Below the pieces are notes generated by a model. The model searched no databases, was not told the DNA's origin, and was given only the letters and a program-made list of their open reading frames with translations. A DNA stretch of 63,503 nucleotides from NCBI GenBank assembly GCA_016177405.1, contig JACOVG010000009.1, positions 1 to 63,503 on the forward strand. Direction: 5' to 3'. Below are positions 41,713-50,724 of this stretch, in pieces. Source of the stretch: Candidatus Omnitrophota bacterium (lineage in GTDB: Bacteria; Omnitrophota; Gorgyraeia; 1-14-0-20-64-10). The position numbers were made by a program, and so were the translations under genes. Position 1 is the stretch's first letter. Every line of letters starts with the position of its first letter.

Positions 41713-42657
41713 ATGCGAGCCTCTCTTCCCGTGGAAATCCGTTTTGAGTCCATCGGCGGGCTGGGCGCCCACCTGGCGTCCCAGCTTCTGGCCGAGTCGC
41801 TGGTCCTTCGCCAGAATCTGAACGCCTCGCAGTTCTCCTCCTTCGGGTCGGAAAAGAAGGGCACCCCGGTCCGGTCGTCCATCCGGGCGGCCGAAAAAAA
41901 CCAGCCGATCCGGGTCACGAGCCCGGTGACCCGGCCGGACGTGCTGGCGGTCTTTCACGAGGCGCTCCTGGCGCGCCCGGCGACCCTGGCCGGCTTGAAG
42001 CTGGGCGGCGTGCTGGTGGTCAACGCCCCGGCGGCGGCGGCGGACCTTCCGCTTCCCAGGGGCCGGGCCCTGGTGGTGGACGCGATGGCGATCGCCATGG
42101 AGGAGCAGACCAGAATCAACACCGCGATCCTGGGCGCGGTGGCGAAGGCCTGCCCCCTGATCGATCCCAAGGCGCTCGCCGAGACGCTGGAAGGGCATTT
42201 TGGAAAACGCTCGCCCAAGCTGGCCCAGGCCAACGGCAAGACCTTCTGGAGGGGCTACCGGGAGGCGGTGGAGCGGGCGGTCGAAGACAGGCCGGACGCC
42301 CCGGCCCCTGAAAGGGGGGCGTCCTCCCCCCGATGGGGCTACTTCACGGCCCCGCTGGGCGGGGCGATTCTGGAGGCCGGCAACACGGCGGCCAACGATC
42401 TCTCGGTCTCCCGCCAGGGGTTCGCGCCGAGGTTCAACACGGCCCGGTGCGTCCATTGCGGCGTCTGCGATCTGGTCTGCCCGGACTATTGCTTTGTGTG
42501 GGAGGACATTCGGCTGATGGGCATCGACTACCAGTACTGCAAGGGGTGCCTGCGCTGTGTCGAGTCGTGCCCCTCCGGGGCCCTCACCAAGGAACGGGAG
42601 GGGGCCTGGACCCGGACCGAACGGGTGCCCCTCCGCCAGCAGAAGGCGGCGCGATGA
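41713..42657 (+). CDS. 2-oxoacid:ferredoxin oxidoreductase gamma subunit fused to delta (2x[4Fe-4S]) module
   Basis: IRFESIGGLGAHLASQLL gamma N-terminus. C-terminal CVHCGVCDLVCP and CKGCLRCVESCP. Confidence 0.75.
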   Translation: MRASLPVEIRFESIGGLGAHLASQLLAESLVLRQNLNASQFSSFGSEKKGTPVRSSIRAAEKNQPIRVTSPVTRPDVLAVFHEALLARPATLAGLKLGGVLVVNAPAAAADLPLPRGRALVVDAMAIAMEEQTRINTAILGAVAKACPLIDPKALAETLEGHFGKRSPKLAQANGKTFWRGYREAVERAVEDRPDAPAPERGASSPRWGYFTAPLGGAILEAGNTAANDLSVSRQGFAPRFNTARCVHCGVCDLVCPDYCFVWEDIRLMGIDYQYCKGCLRCVESCPSGALTKEREGAWTRTERVPLRQQKAAR

Positions 42658-44960
42658 AGGCGAGCGCCCTGGCCGCGGCCCCCAAGAAGCGGGTGAAGGC
42701 CCAGGCCGCCCAGCGGCTGGTCTTCCTAAGCGGCAACGAGCTCGCCGCCCTGGCGGCCTCGCAGATCGACTACCACCTCATGGGCTACTACCCCATCACC
42801 CCCTCGACCGAGATCTCCGAGCATTTGAGCCGCATGAAATCGAAGGGGGAGCACCGGATCGCGATGATCCCCGCCGACGGCGAGCACAGCGCGGCGGGCA
42901 TTTGCTACGGCGCCTCCACGGGCGGCGGCCGGGTCATGAACGCCACGAGCTCCCAGGGCCTGCTTTACGCGCTGGAACAGCTTCCGGTGCAGTCCGGGAC
43001 CCGCTTCCCCATGGTCCTGAATCTGGCCACCCGGGCGGTGAACGGACCGCTGAACATCCGGTGCGACCACTCCGACCTTTACTTCGCCCTGAACACGGGC
43101 TGGATCATCCTCCTGGCCAGGGACCCGCAGGCCGTGTACGACTTGAACTTGCTCGCGGTCAGAATCGGCGAGCATCCCAAGATCCGCCTGCCGGTGATCG
43201 TGGCGTACGACGGCTTTTTCACCAGCCACCAGAAGCAAAGGGTCAGCGTCTTTGACGCCAAGGCGGCGCAGGGGTTTGTGGGAAAGCCGCGGCCGCCGTT
43301 CACCGCGCTGGACCCCGGGCGGCCCGTCACCATCGGCCCCTACATGAACGATCCCGACCTCATCAACAACAAGTACCAGCTCAAGCTGGCCTTCGACGCC
43401 GCCCGGGAGGTTATACCCCGGCTCTTTGGGGAGTTCGGCAAGCTCTCGGGCCGGCCGCGTGAGATGGTGGACCGTTACGCCATGGACGACGCCGAGGCGG
43501 CCCTGGTGCTGATCAACTCGGCCGCGGAGACCGCCAAGGAAGCCGCGGATCAACTGCGCCGGGAGGGACTGCGGGTGGGGGTGGTCAGCCCCACGGTGAT
43601 GCGGCCGTTCCCGGCCAAGGAAATCAGCTCCGCGCTGGGGCGGGTCCGGGCGGCCCTGATCGCCGACCGGGCCGATTCCTACGGCGCCGACGGAGGCAAC
43701 TTGAGTTTGGAGGTCCGGGCCGCGCTGAAGGGGGACCCGGCCAACAAGACCCTCTGCCTCTCCCGCGTCTACGGGCTGGGCGGCAAGGATTTCACCGTCG
43801 AGGACGCCCTGCTCCTGTTCAGGCAGGCGCTCGCCGCGCTGAAACCCGGCGCCGCGGCGGTCCGCTTTGACTATCTGGGTGTCACCTCCGGCAGTGAGGC
43901 CCCGTTTCCGCCGGCGCCCGCCGCCCTGCCGCGGCTGACCACCGAAGAGGTCAGCCGGCATCACGCCCGCCTGACCCAGGATCCCGCCACCGGCCGCCTG
44001 CGGGTCAGCCTGGACCCGTTTTGGAAGATGGCGTCCACCCCGCACCGGATCGCTCCGGGCCACGGGGCCTGTCCGGGCTGCGGGGCGTTCACCACCCTCA
44101 AGCAGTTCTTCCGCATCTTGGACGGGCACGTGGTGGTGCTCTACCAGACCGGGTGCGCCATGGTGGTCACCACCGGCTACCCCGCCACGGCCCACCGGGT
44201 CACCTATCTGCACAACCTTTTTCAGAACGGGGCCGCCACCCTCTCGGGGCTGGTGGAGATGTACCACGAGCGCGTGAGAAGGGGAGAGATTCCCTCCGGC
44301 GAGGAGCCCCTCTTTGTGATGGTAAGCGGCGACGGCGGCATGGACATCGGCCTGGGCTCGGCGCTGGGCACGGCGCACCGCGGCCACCGGATGATCGTGA
44401 TCGAATACGACAACGAGGGCTACATGAACACGGGCGGGCAGTTGTCTTACTCGACCCCGCTGGGCCACCAGACCAGCACGAGCCCCGCCGGGCCGCGCAG
44501 CTTAGGCAACGCCTTTCAGCACAAGGACACGCCCCAGCTGTTCGCCGCGGCCGGGGCGGCCTACGTCTTCACGGCGGCGGAGGGATTTCCGGAGGACCTC
44601 ATGAAGAAGGCCGCCAAGGCGCAGTGGTACGCGCGGCGCGAGGGATTTGTCTACGGGAAGATCCTCTCCTCCTGCCCTCTGAATTGGGGCGCCCCGGACG
44701 ATTCGGCCGAGGCGATCCTTCAGGCCGCGGTGGACTGCTGTTTCTTCCCTCTGTATGAGGTGGAGCGGGGCAAGACGGTGATCACCTATGACCCCGAGGA
44801 GCTCGGCCGCAGGCGGCCGGCGCGGGAGTGGCTGACGCTGATGGCCAAGACCAGGCATTTGCTGGCCCCGGAGCGCGCCGACGCGGTTCAGGCGCTCACA
44901 GCCGAAGTGGAGCGCCGGTGGAAGCGCTTGAAGGCCAAACACCTGCATCCGGAGCTTTAG
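42654..44960 (+). CDS. 2-oxoacid:ferredoxin oxidoreductase fused alpha-beta subunit
   Basis: ATGA overlap with the gamma-delta gene. GYYPITPSTEI alpha N-terminus. Beta TPP motif VSGDGGMDIGLGSALGTAHRGHRMIVIEYDNEGYMNTGGQ. The ORF-track start 42333 is an out-of-gene extension. Confidence 0.75.
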   Translation: MKASALAAAPKKRVKAQAAQRLVFLSGNELAALAASQIDYHLMGYYPITPSTEISEHLSRMKSKGEHRIAMIPADGEHSAAGICYGASTGGGRVMNATSSQGLLYALEQLPVQSGTRFPMVLNLATRAVNGPLNIRCDHSDLYFALNTGWIILLARDPQAVYDLNLLAVRIGEHPKIRLPVIVAYDGFFTSHQKQRVSVFDAKAAQGFVGKPRPPFTALDPGRPVTIGPYMNDPDLINNKYQLKLAFDAAREVIPRLFGEFGKLSGRPREMVDRYAMDDAEAALVLINSAAETAKEAADQLRREGLRVGVVSPTVMRPFPAKEISSALGRVRAALIADRADSYGADGGNLSLEVRAALKGDPANKTLCLSRVYGLGGKDFTVEDALLLFRQALAALKPGAAAVRFDYLGVTSGSEAPFPPAPAALPRLTTEEVSRHHARLTQDPATGRLRVSLDPFWKMASTPHRIAPGHGACPGCGAFTTLKQFFRILDGHVVVLYQTGCAMVVTTGYPATAHRVTYLHNLFQNGAATLSGLVEMYHERVRRGEIPSGEEPLFVMVSGDGGMDIGLGSALGTAHRGHRMIVIEYDNEGYMNTGGQLSYSTPLGHQTSTSPAGPRSLGNAFQHKDTPQLFAAAGAAYVFTAAEGFPEDLMKKAAKAQWYARREGFVYGKILSSCPLNWGAPDDSAEAILQAAVDCCFFPLYEVERGKTVITYDPEELGRRRPAREWLTLMAKTRHLLAPERADAVQALTAEVERRWKRLKAKHLHPEL

Positions 44961-44962
44961 AA

Positions 44963-45793
44963 ATGAGCCAGGGATTTCGCATCCTCAAGAAAGAGCGGCT
45001 GACCCCGGTGACCAACCGGTTCGTGCTGGAGGCCCCGTGGGTTGCCCGCGCCGCGCGGCCGGGCCAGTTCGTGATTGTCCGGGTCCACGAACACGGCGAG
45101 CGGATTCCGGTGACCATCGCGGATTTCGATCCGGCCCAGGGGACGGTGACCGTGGTGGTGCAGGAGGTCGGGCGGACCTCCAAGCTCTTCGGTGCCCTGA
45201 CCGAAGGCGGCGTGGTTCTGGATCTTGTCGGCCCGCTGGGCGAGCCCTTCCGGGCTGGCCGCGGGGGAAAGCTCGTCATCGGGGTGGGCGGCGGGTTCGG
45301 GGCGGCGGCCCTTTACCCGGTGGTCCGCTCCCTGCACCAGCAGGGGGTGAAGGTGGAGGCGATCATCGGCGCCAGGAGCCGGGAGTTTGTCATCCTGGAG
45401 GGGGAGCTGGGCCGGGTCTGCGAGCGGCTCACCACCTGCACGGACGACGGCTCCTACGGATTCCGGGGCTTCGTCACGGACTGCCTCAAGCTTCGCCTGG
45501 AGGAATTGAAGGGGCAAGACGGCGTCGAGGTTGTCGCGGTCGGCCCCATGCCGATGATGCGGGCGGTCGCCGGCCTCACAGCCGCCTATCACGTCCCCAC
45601 CCAGGTCTCGCTGGACCCCATCATGATTGACGGCACCGGCATGTGCGGCGGCTGCCGGGTCACGGTGGCCAGCGAGGTGAAGTTCGCCTGCGTGGATGGG
45701 CCGTTCTTCGACGCCCATCAGGTGGACTTCGCCGAGTGCGTGAGGCGGGGCAAGATGTACGCGTGCGAGGAGGCCGCGGCCCGTGCCGCTTAA
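44963..45793 (+). CDS. NfnA/SudB/PyrK-like FAD plus [2Fe-2S] electron-transfer subunit
   Basis: FVLEAPWVARAARPGQFVIVRV, GVGGGFGAAALYPV and DGTGMCGGCRV cluster motif. Confidence 0.7.
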   Translation: MSQGFRILKKERLTPVTNRFVLEAPWVARAARPGQFVIVRVHEHGERIPVTIADFDPAQGTVTVVVQEVGRTSKLFGALTEGGVVLDLVGPLGEPFRAGRGGKLVIGVGGGFGAAALYPVVRSLHQQGVKVEAIIGARSREFVILEGELGRVCERLTTCTDDGSYGFRGFVTDCLKLRLEELKGQDGVEVVAVGPMPMMRAVAGLTAAYHVPTQVSLDPIMIDGTGMCGGCRVTVASEVKFACVDGPFFDAHQVDFAECVRRGKMYACEEAAARAA

Positions 45794-47168
45794 GAGCGTC
45801 TCCAAGACGGCGATGCCCCAACAGCCGCCCCGCGAGCGGGCGCGGACCTTTGACGAGGTGAACCTGGGCTACACGGAGGCCCGCGCCCGATACGAGGCCA
45901 GCCGGTGCCTGCAGTGCCAGGAGCCGGCCTGCGAAGCGGGCTGTCCGGTGGGGGTGCCGATTCGGGCCTTCTTGAAGGAGGCGGCCGACGGCCTGTTTCA
46001 GGAGGCGTTCGGCCTGGTGAAGGGCGCCCATCCCCTGCCGGCGATGTGCGGCCGCGTCTGTCCCCAGGAGAGCCAGTGCGAGAAGCTCTGCCACATGGCG
46101 GCCCGGTTCGAGCCGGTAGCCATCGGCCATCTGGAGCGCTTCGTGGCCGACTGGGAGCGCGCCCACCGCGAGGCGAAGACCACCCCGCCGGCGAAGCGAA
46201 GCGGACCCGCTGTCGCCATCGTGGGATCGGGCCCGGCGGGCCTGACGGCCGCCGGCGAGCTGGCCAAGCTGGGCCATCGGGTCACGGTCTTTGAGGCCCT
46301 GCATGAGCCCGGCGGCGTTTTGCGGTACGGCATCCCGGAGTTCCGATTGCCCAAGGCGGTCCTGGACGACGAGATCGAACAGCTCAAGGCGCTGGGGGTG
46401 GAGATCGTCTGCAACGTGGTGATCGGCAAGACGATCGGCTTGGATCAGCTCATGGGGGAGATGGGCTTTCGCGCGGTCTTCATCGGAACCGGCGCGGGCC
46501 TGCCGCGCTTTCTCTCGATCCCCGGAGAGAACCTAAACGGCGTCTATTCGGCCAACGAATTCCTCACCCGCATCAACCTCATGAAGGCGTACCGGTTTCC
46601 GGTGGCTCACACCCCGCTTAAGGTGGGCTCGCGCGTCGCGGTGGTGGGGGCCGGGAACACCGCCATGGACGCCGCCCGCAGCGCCCTGCGGATGGGCGCG
46701 TCGGAGGTGCGCGTCGTCTACCGGCGCTCCGAGCAGGAGATGAGCGCCCGGGAGGAAGAGTATCATCATGCCATAGAGGAAGGGGTGCTCTTCCAGTGGC
46801 TGACCAACCCGGCGCGCGTGGTCGGCAGCAACGAAGGGTGCGTGACCGGCCTGGAGTGCCAGCCGATGCGCCTGGGCGAGCCCGATGAGTCCGGCCGGCC
46901 GCGCCCGGAGCCCTCCGGAGAGCCACCCTTCATCGTCCCGATCGATACGCTGGTGGTCGCCATCGGCACCAGGCCCAACCGCCTGCTGACCAAGGGCGGG
47001 GGGTTGGCCACCGCCTCCTGGGGCGGGCTCATCGTGAGCGACGATTCCCTGGAGACCTCGCGGCCGGGTGTCTTTGCCGGCGGCGACGCGGTGACCGGCG
47101 CGGCGACAGTTATTCTGGCCGCCGGGGCAGGGCGCCGGGCGGCCGCGGCGATCCACGCCAAGTTCTAA
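45783..47168 (+). CDS. NfnB / glutamate synthase small-chain (GltD)-like NADPH oxidoreductase
   Basis: CLQCQEPACEAGCPV, CGRVCPQESQCEKLC, AIVGSGPAGLTAAGELAKLGHRVTVFE. Confidence 0.75.
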   Translation: MPLKSVSKTAMPQQPPRERARTFDEVNLGYTEARARYEASRCLQCQEPACEAGCPVGVPIRAFLKEAADGLFQEAFGLVKGAHPLPAMCGRVCPQESQCEKLCHMAARFEPVAIGHLERFVADWERAHREAKTTPPAKRSGPAVAIVGSGPAGLTAAGELAKLGHRVTVFEALHEPGGVLRYGIPEFRLPKAVLDDEIEQLKALGVEIVCNVVIGKTIGLDQLMGEMGFRAVFIGTGAGLPRFLSIPGENLNGVYSANEFLTRINLMKAYRFPVAHTPLKVGSRVAVVGAGNTAMDAARSALRMGASEVRVVYRRSEQEMSAREEEYHHAIEEGVLFQWLTNPARVVGSNEGCVTGLECQPMRLGEPDESGRPRPEPSGEPPFIVPIDTLVVAIGTRPNRLLTKGGGLATASWGGLIVSDDSLETSRPGVFAGGDAVTGAATVILAAGAGRRAAAAIHAKF

Positions 47169-47175
47169 ATCAGCC

Positions 47176-48534
47176 ATGGCCGAGGTGAAGCCGAGGATCC
47201 GGCCCCGCGTTCAGCCACCTCCGGCCCGGCGCCGGAACTTCGACGAGGTCGTCCAGGGCTACACCGCGGAGGAGGCGCTCGCCGAGGCCCAGCGGTGCAT
47301 CCTGTGCAGGAACGCCCGTTGTCAAACCGCCTGTCCGCTCACGAATCAGATTCCCCGCTGGATCGCCGAGTTACAGCAAGGCCGCCCCCAGGAGGCGTAC
47401 CGGATCCTCCGGGAGACCAGCCCCATGCCGGAGCTGTGCAGCCGGCTCTGCCCCCAGGAGCGGCTGTGCGAGGGCTCGTGCGCCATCGGGATCAAGCATG
47501 AGCCGGTGGCGATCGGACTGCTGGAGCGCTTCGTCTCCGATCAAGGCCGCGCGGCCGCGGCTGGCGAAAACGGCGCCACCAGCCCCTCCAAACGTGTTGC
47601 TGCGGTCGGCTCCGGGCCGGCCAGCCTTGCCCTGGCGCAATGCCTGGCCCGCGCCGGACAGGCGGTGACGGTCTTCGAGCGCTGGCCTCATCCGGGCGGC
47701 GTGCTTCGCTGGATCCCCCGCTTCAAACTGCCCCGCGAGATCCTGGAGGCCCACCTGGATGGGCTGACGGCGCTGGGGGTGGCGTTCCGCGAGAAGACCG
47801 AGATCCGAGAGGTTCAACAGCTTTTGACCGGCGAGGGCTTTGACGCCGTTTTCCTGGGGATCGGAGCCAGCCGCCCCTCCGTTCCCAATCTGCCCGGCGT
47901 CTCGCTGGAAGGGATTCTTTCCTCCACGGAGTTCCTGGTCAGGTCCTGCTGGGGCGGGCCGGATCTTCCCAACGGCTGGCAGCCGATCACCGATCTGGCC
48001 GGCCGGCGGGTGGTGGTGCTGGGCGGGGGCGACAGCGCCATGGACTGCGTGAGAACCGCCATCCGGCTGGGTGGGGCTCAAGTCACCTGCCTCTACCGGC
48101 GTGATGAAGCCAACATGCCCGGCAGCAGGAAAGAGGTGAAGGCGGCCAGGGAGGAAGGGGCGGAGTTTCAGTTCCTCGCCTCGCCGGCGGCCTTCCACTC
48201 GGCCGACGGCCGCTCCGTGTCGCGGGTCGAGTGCCTGCGCATGGAGCTTGGGGCGCCGGACGCCTCCGGGCGGCGCTCGCCCCAGCCGGTTGCCGGCTCC
48301 GCCTTTGAGACGGAGGCCGAGCTCGTTGTGCTGGCCTTCGGCTACGAGGTGGAGACGGGCGCCGTGAAGATCAATCCCGCCACAGGAGCCACTCGGGAGC
48401 AAGGGGTGTTTGCCGGCGGCGACTGCGTGACCGGCCCAAGCCTGGTCTCCACGGCCGCCCGCGCCGGCCTTACCGCGGCGCGGGGAATGCTCCGGTACTT
48501 CGCCGGAGAGCCCTGGGATGCCCTGGCGGGATAA
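47176..48534 (+). CDS. second GltD-like NADPH oxidoreductase paralogue
   Basis: CILCRNARCQTACPL, CSRLCPQERLCEGSC, AAVGSGPASLALAQCLARAGQAVTVFE. Confidence 0.7.
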   Translation: MAEVKPRIRPRVQPPPARRRNFDEVVQGYTAEEALAEAQRCILCRNARCQTACPLTNQIPRWIAELQQGRPQEAYRILRETSPMPELCSRLCPQERLCEGSCAIGIKHEPVAIGLLERFVSDQGRAAAAGENGATSPSKRVAAVGSGPASLALAQCLARAGQAVTVFERWPHPGGVLRWIPRFKLPREILEAHLDGLTALGVAFREKTEIREVQQLLTGEGFDAVFLGIGASRPSVPNLPGVSLEGILSSTEFLVRSCWGGPDLPNGWQPITDLAGRRVVVLGGGDSAMDCVRTAIRLGGAQVTCLYRRDEANMPGSRKEVKAAREEGAEFQFLASPAAFHSADGRSVSRVECLRMELGAPDASGRRSPQPVAGSAFETEAELVVLAFGYEVETGAVKINPATGATREQGVFAGGDCVTGPSLVSTAARAGLTAARGMLRYFAGEPWDALAG

Positions 48535-48548
48535 GGTAAAATAGCGGG

Positions 48549-49424
48549 GTGACCCCCGACCAGTTTGCCGCCAACGAGTACCGCGATTACATCTCCTATC
48601 GCGAGCTGGCGAAGATTGAAACCGTGCCCGCCTTCAAGCGGATCCTCGAAGAGCTGGTCCAGCACGAGCTGGAGGATTACCGCTTCTGGCTTCCGCTCTC
48701 TTCCCAGAAGAGGCACCGCGTGGGTCCTCTCCAGATCGCGTGCCTCAAGCTGATGCGTAAGCTTCTCGGCCTAACCTTCACGGCCAAGTTCCTGGAGCTG
48801 CACGAGCGGGACGCGGTCCGCAATTACGCCCTCCTGCTGGAATCGGCCGAGCCCAAGGTGAAGGCGAGGCTTCAGGAGATCATCGCCCACGAGAGACAGC
48901 ACGAGCGGGGGCTCATCCAGCAGATCAAGGAAGAGCACGTGAAGTTCTTGAGCAGCATCGTGCTGGGGGTGAACGACGGCCTGGTGGAGCTCACCGGCGC
49001 CCTGGTGGGTTTTGCCTTCGCCCTCCGGCATTCCGCGCTGGCCGGCTTGTTCGGCGTGGTGACGGGGATCGCGGCGAGCCTCTCCATGGCCGCCTCGGCC
49101 TACATGCAGGCCAGGCACGAAGAGGGCAGGGACCCGAAGAAGGCGGCCCTTTACACGGGGCTGGCGTACCTGACCGTGGTGGTTCTTTTGGTCCTGCCGT
49201 TTTTCGCCTTCGCCCGGGTGGGGGCGGCCCTAGGGGCGATGTTCGGCGTGATCCTTGGGTTGATCGCGGGCCTTTCCTTCTATTCCTCGGTCCTTTTCGA
49301 GCGGGACTTCAAGCGGCAATTCCGTGAGATGCTTCTTTTCAGCCTGGGGGTGTCGGGGATCGCCTTCCTGCTGGGGAGCGCCGCCCGCGCGCTGATGGGG
49401 GTTTTGAAGGTCCCCTTGGGGTAA
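48549..49424 (+). CDS. VIT1/CCC1-family membrane protein with ferritin-like N-domain
   Basis: N-terminal helical E...H repeats (ELVQHELEDY, IIAHERQHERG). VLGVNDGLVELTGALVGF and multiple TM segments. Confidence 0.6.
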   Translation: MTPDQFAANEYRDYISYRELAKIETVPAFKRILEELVQHELEDYRFWLPLSSQKRHRVGPLQIACLKLMRKLLGLTFTAKFLELHERDAVRNYALLLESAEPKVKARLQEIIAHERQHERGLIQQIKEEHVKFLSSIVLGVNDGLVELTGALVGFAFALRHSALAGLFGVVTGIAASLSMAASAYMQARHEEGRDPKKAALYTGLAYLTVVVLLVLPFFAFARVGAALGAMFGVILGLIAGLSFYSSVLFERDFKRQFREMLLFSLGVSGIAFLLGSAARALMGVLKVPLG

Positions 49425-49521
49425 GCGGAAAAAAAGTGGTGTGCCGGGGGTCGGTGTGGTATCGTACTCCAATTCGGTTGCGGGTAAGAAAGGTTGCAGG
49501 TAAAAAAAGGAGATAAGAGAG

Positions 49522-49704
49522 ATGGCGTTTCAACCAGGTGGTGGTGGATACGGTGGCGGCGGGTTTGGCGGCGGACAGCGGGAGATGTTCAAGGCGGTTT
49601 GCGCGGACTGCAAGAAGGAGTGCGAAGTTCCCTTCAAGCCCAGCGGAGACCGGCCGGTCTACTGCAAGGAGTGTTTCTCAAAGCGCAAGGGCGGTCCCCG
49701 CTAA
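49522..49704 (+). CDS. small Gly-rich CxxC...CxxC zinc-ribbon protein
   Basis: GGGGYGGGGFGGG then CADCKKECEVPFKPSGDRPVYCKECF. GGAG RBS upstream. Confidence 0.55.
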   Translation: MAFQPGGGGYGGGGFGGGQREMFKAVCADCKKECEVPFKPSGDRPVYCKECFSKRKGGPR

Positions 49705-49754
49705 CCTAAGCGTTTGCGGTAGTACCCTGGGGGTCATTTAAGGAGGGATAGCCC

Positions 49755-49994
49755 ATGACGAACGGGAAATGCTGCGCGGGCTGTAAGGTGGTGACCCTGG
49801 TGGTTGGCGTGGGGGCCCTGAACTGGGGTTTGGTGGCCCTCTGGAATTTGAATCTTGTCGCCAGGGTGCTGGGGACCGGGGCGGCGGCCAAGGCGGCTTA
49901 CGTCCTGATCGGGATCGCGGGAGCGCTCAAGCTCCTTTCTCTTGTGAAGGCCTGCCCCTGCTGCAAGGGCGGAAGCTGCGAGACGAAGAAGTAA
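49755..49994 (+). CDS. DUF378-like small membrane protein
   Basis: VVGVGALNWGLVALWNLNLV signature and a second TM segment. Confidence 0.55.
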   Translation: MTNGKCCAGCKVVTLVVGVGALNWGLVALWNLNLVARVLGTGAAAKAAYVLIGIAGALKLLSLVKACPCCKGGSCETKK

Positions 49995-50006
49995 CGAAGC
50001 AGTAAG

Positions 50007-50609
50007 CTAAAACCAGAGGTCGGCTTTTCGACTCACCACGACGGCATCCAAGAGGGATTCGCCGTCGGCCAGCCGTTTGGATGATTCCGCGCCCCAGGGA
50101 GAGGTCTTCGGGCTTTGCCGGTCAATCCGCAGGGCGCGGGAAGCCTCTCCCCCGGTGAGAACAATCTCAAAGAAATCGGGGGTCACCTGAAGGGACGAGA
50201 CCCGCGATCCGGCAAGGTCGCGGAGCTTATCCTCCCGCAGGGGATGGCCCGCCTCCGAAACCCATTCCACCGCCGACCAGAGGCTGACGACCAGCCACAC
50301 CGGTCGGGAGGAGCCCTTGGGCTTGAGCTTGAACCCCAGGAAACCGGCCCCGCCCATCCCGTAAGAGCCAAGGTCCGTCTCCACGCCAAGGAGGCGGGCC
50401 TCTTGAAGGTCAATCCCCGGTTTATCCACCCACCTGCGGGCAGGCCGCGTAAACCTCCAGATTCCTAGAAGGGAGAGGAGAAACCCCGGGATGAGCCTCG
50501 GCCCCCGAAGCGCCAGGAGGTCCGGCCTCCAGCCCTTGGGCCAGCGCCAGAGAACGCTCCAGAAGGGGGCCACCTCATCTTCCCGGCAGGCGATGATCGC
50601 GCGGTTCAT
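50007..50609 (-). CDS. hypothetical protein
   Basis: 200-aa ORF with no competing ORF of similar quality and no recognisable motif. Confidence 0.35.
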   Translation of the reverse strand: MNRAIIACREDEVAPFWSVLWRWPKGWRPDLLALRGPRLIPGFLLSLLGIWRFTRPARRWVDKPGIDLQEARLLGVETDLGSYGMGGAGFLGFKLKPKGSSRPVWLVVSLWSAVEWVSEAGHPLREDKLRDLAGSRVSSLQVTPDFFEIVLTGGEASRALRIDRQSPKTSPWGAESSKRLADGESLLDAVVVSRKADLWF

Positions 50610-50724
50610 TTCTTCCCGAGTTTACCACGCCCCCTTTTCGTTTTTGTGGTATTCTTGTTCGCGGAAGAAAGGGGGCTGAATTCTCTACAAGGTTTCCTCT
50701 TTCGGATCGTTCGCCTGGAGCTAT

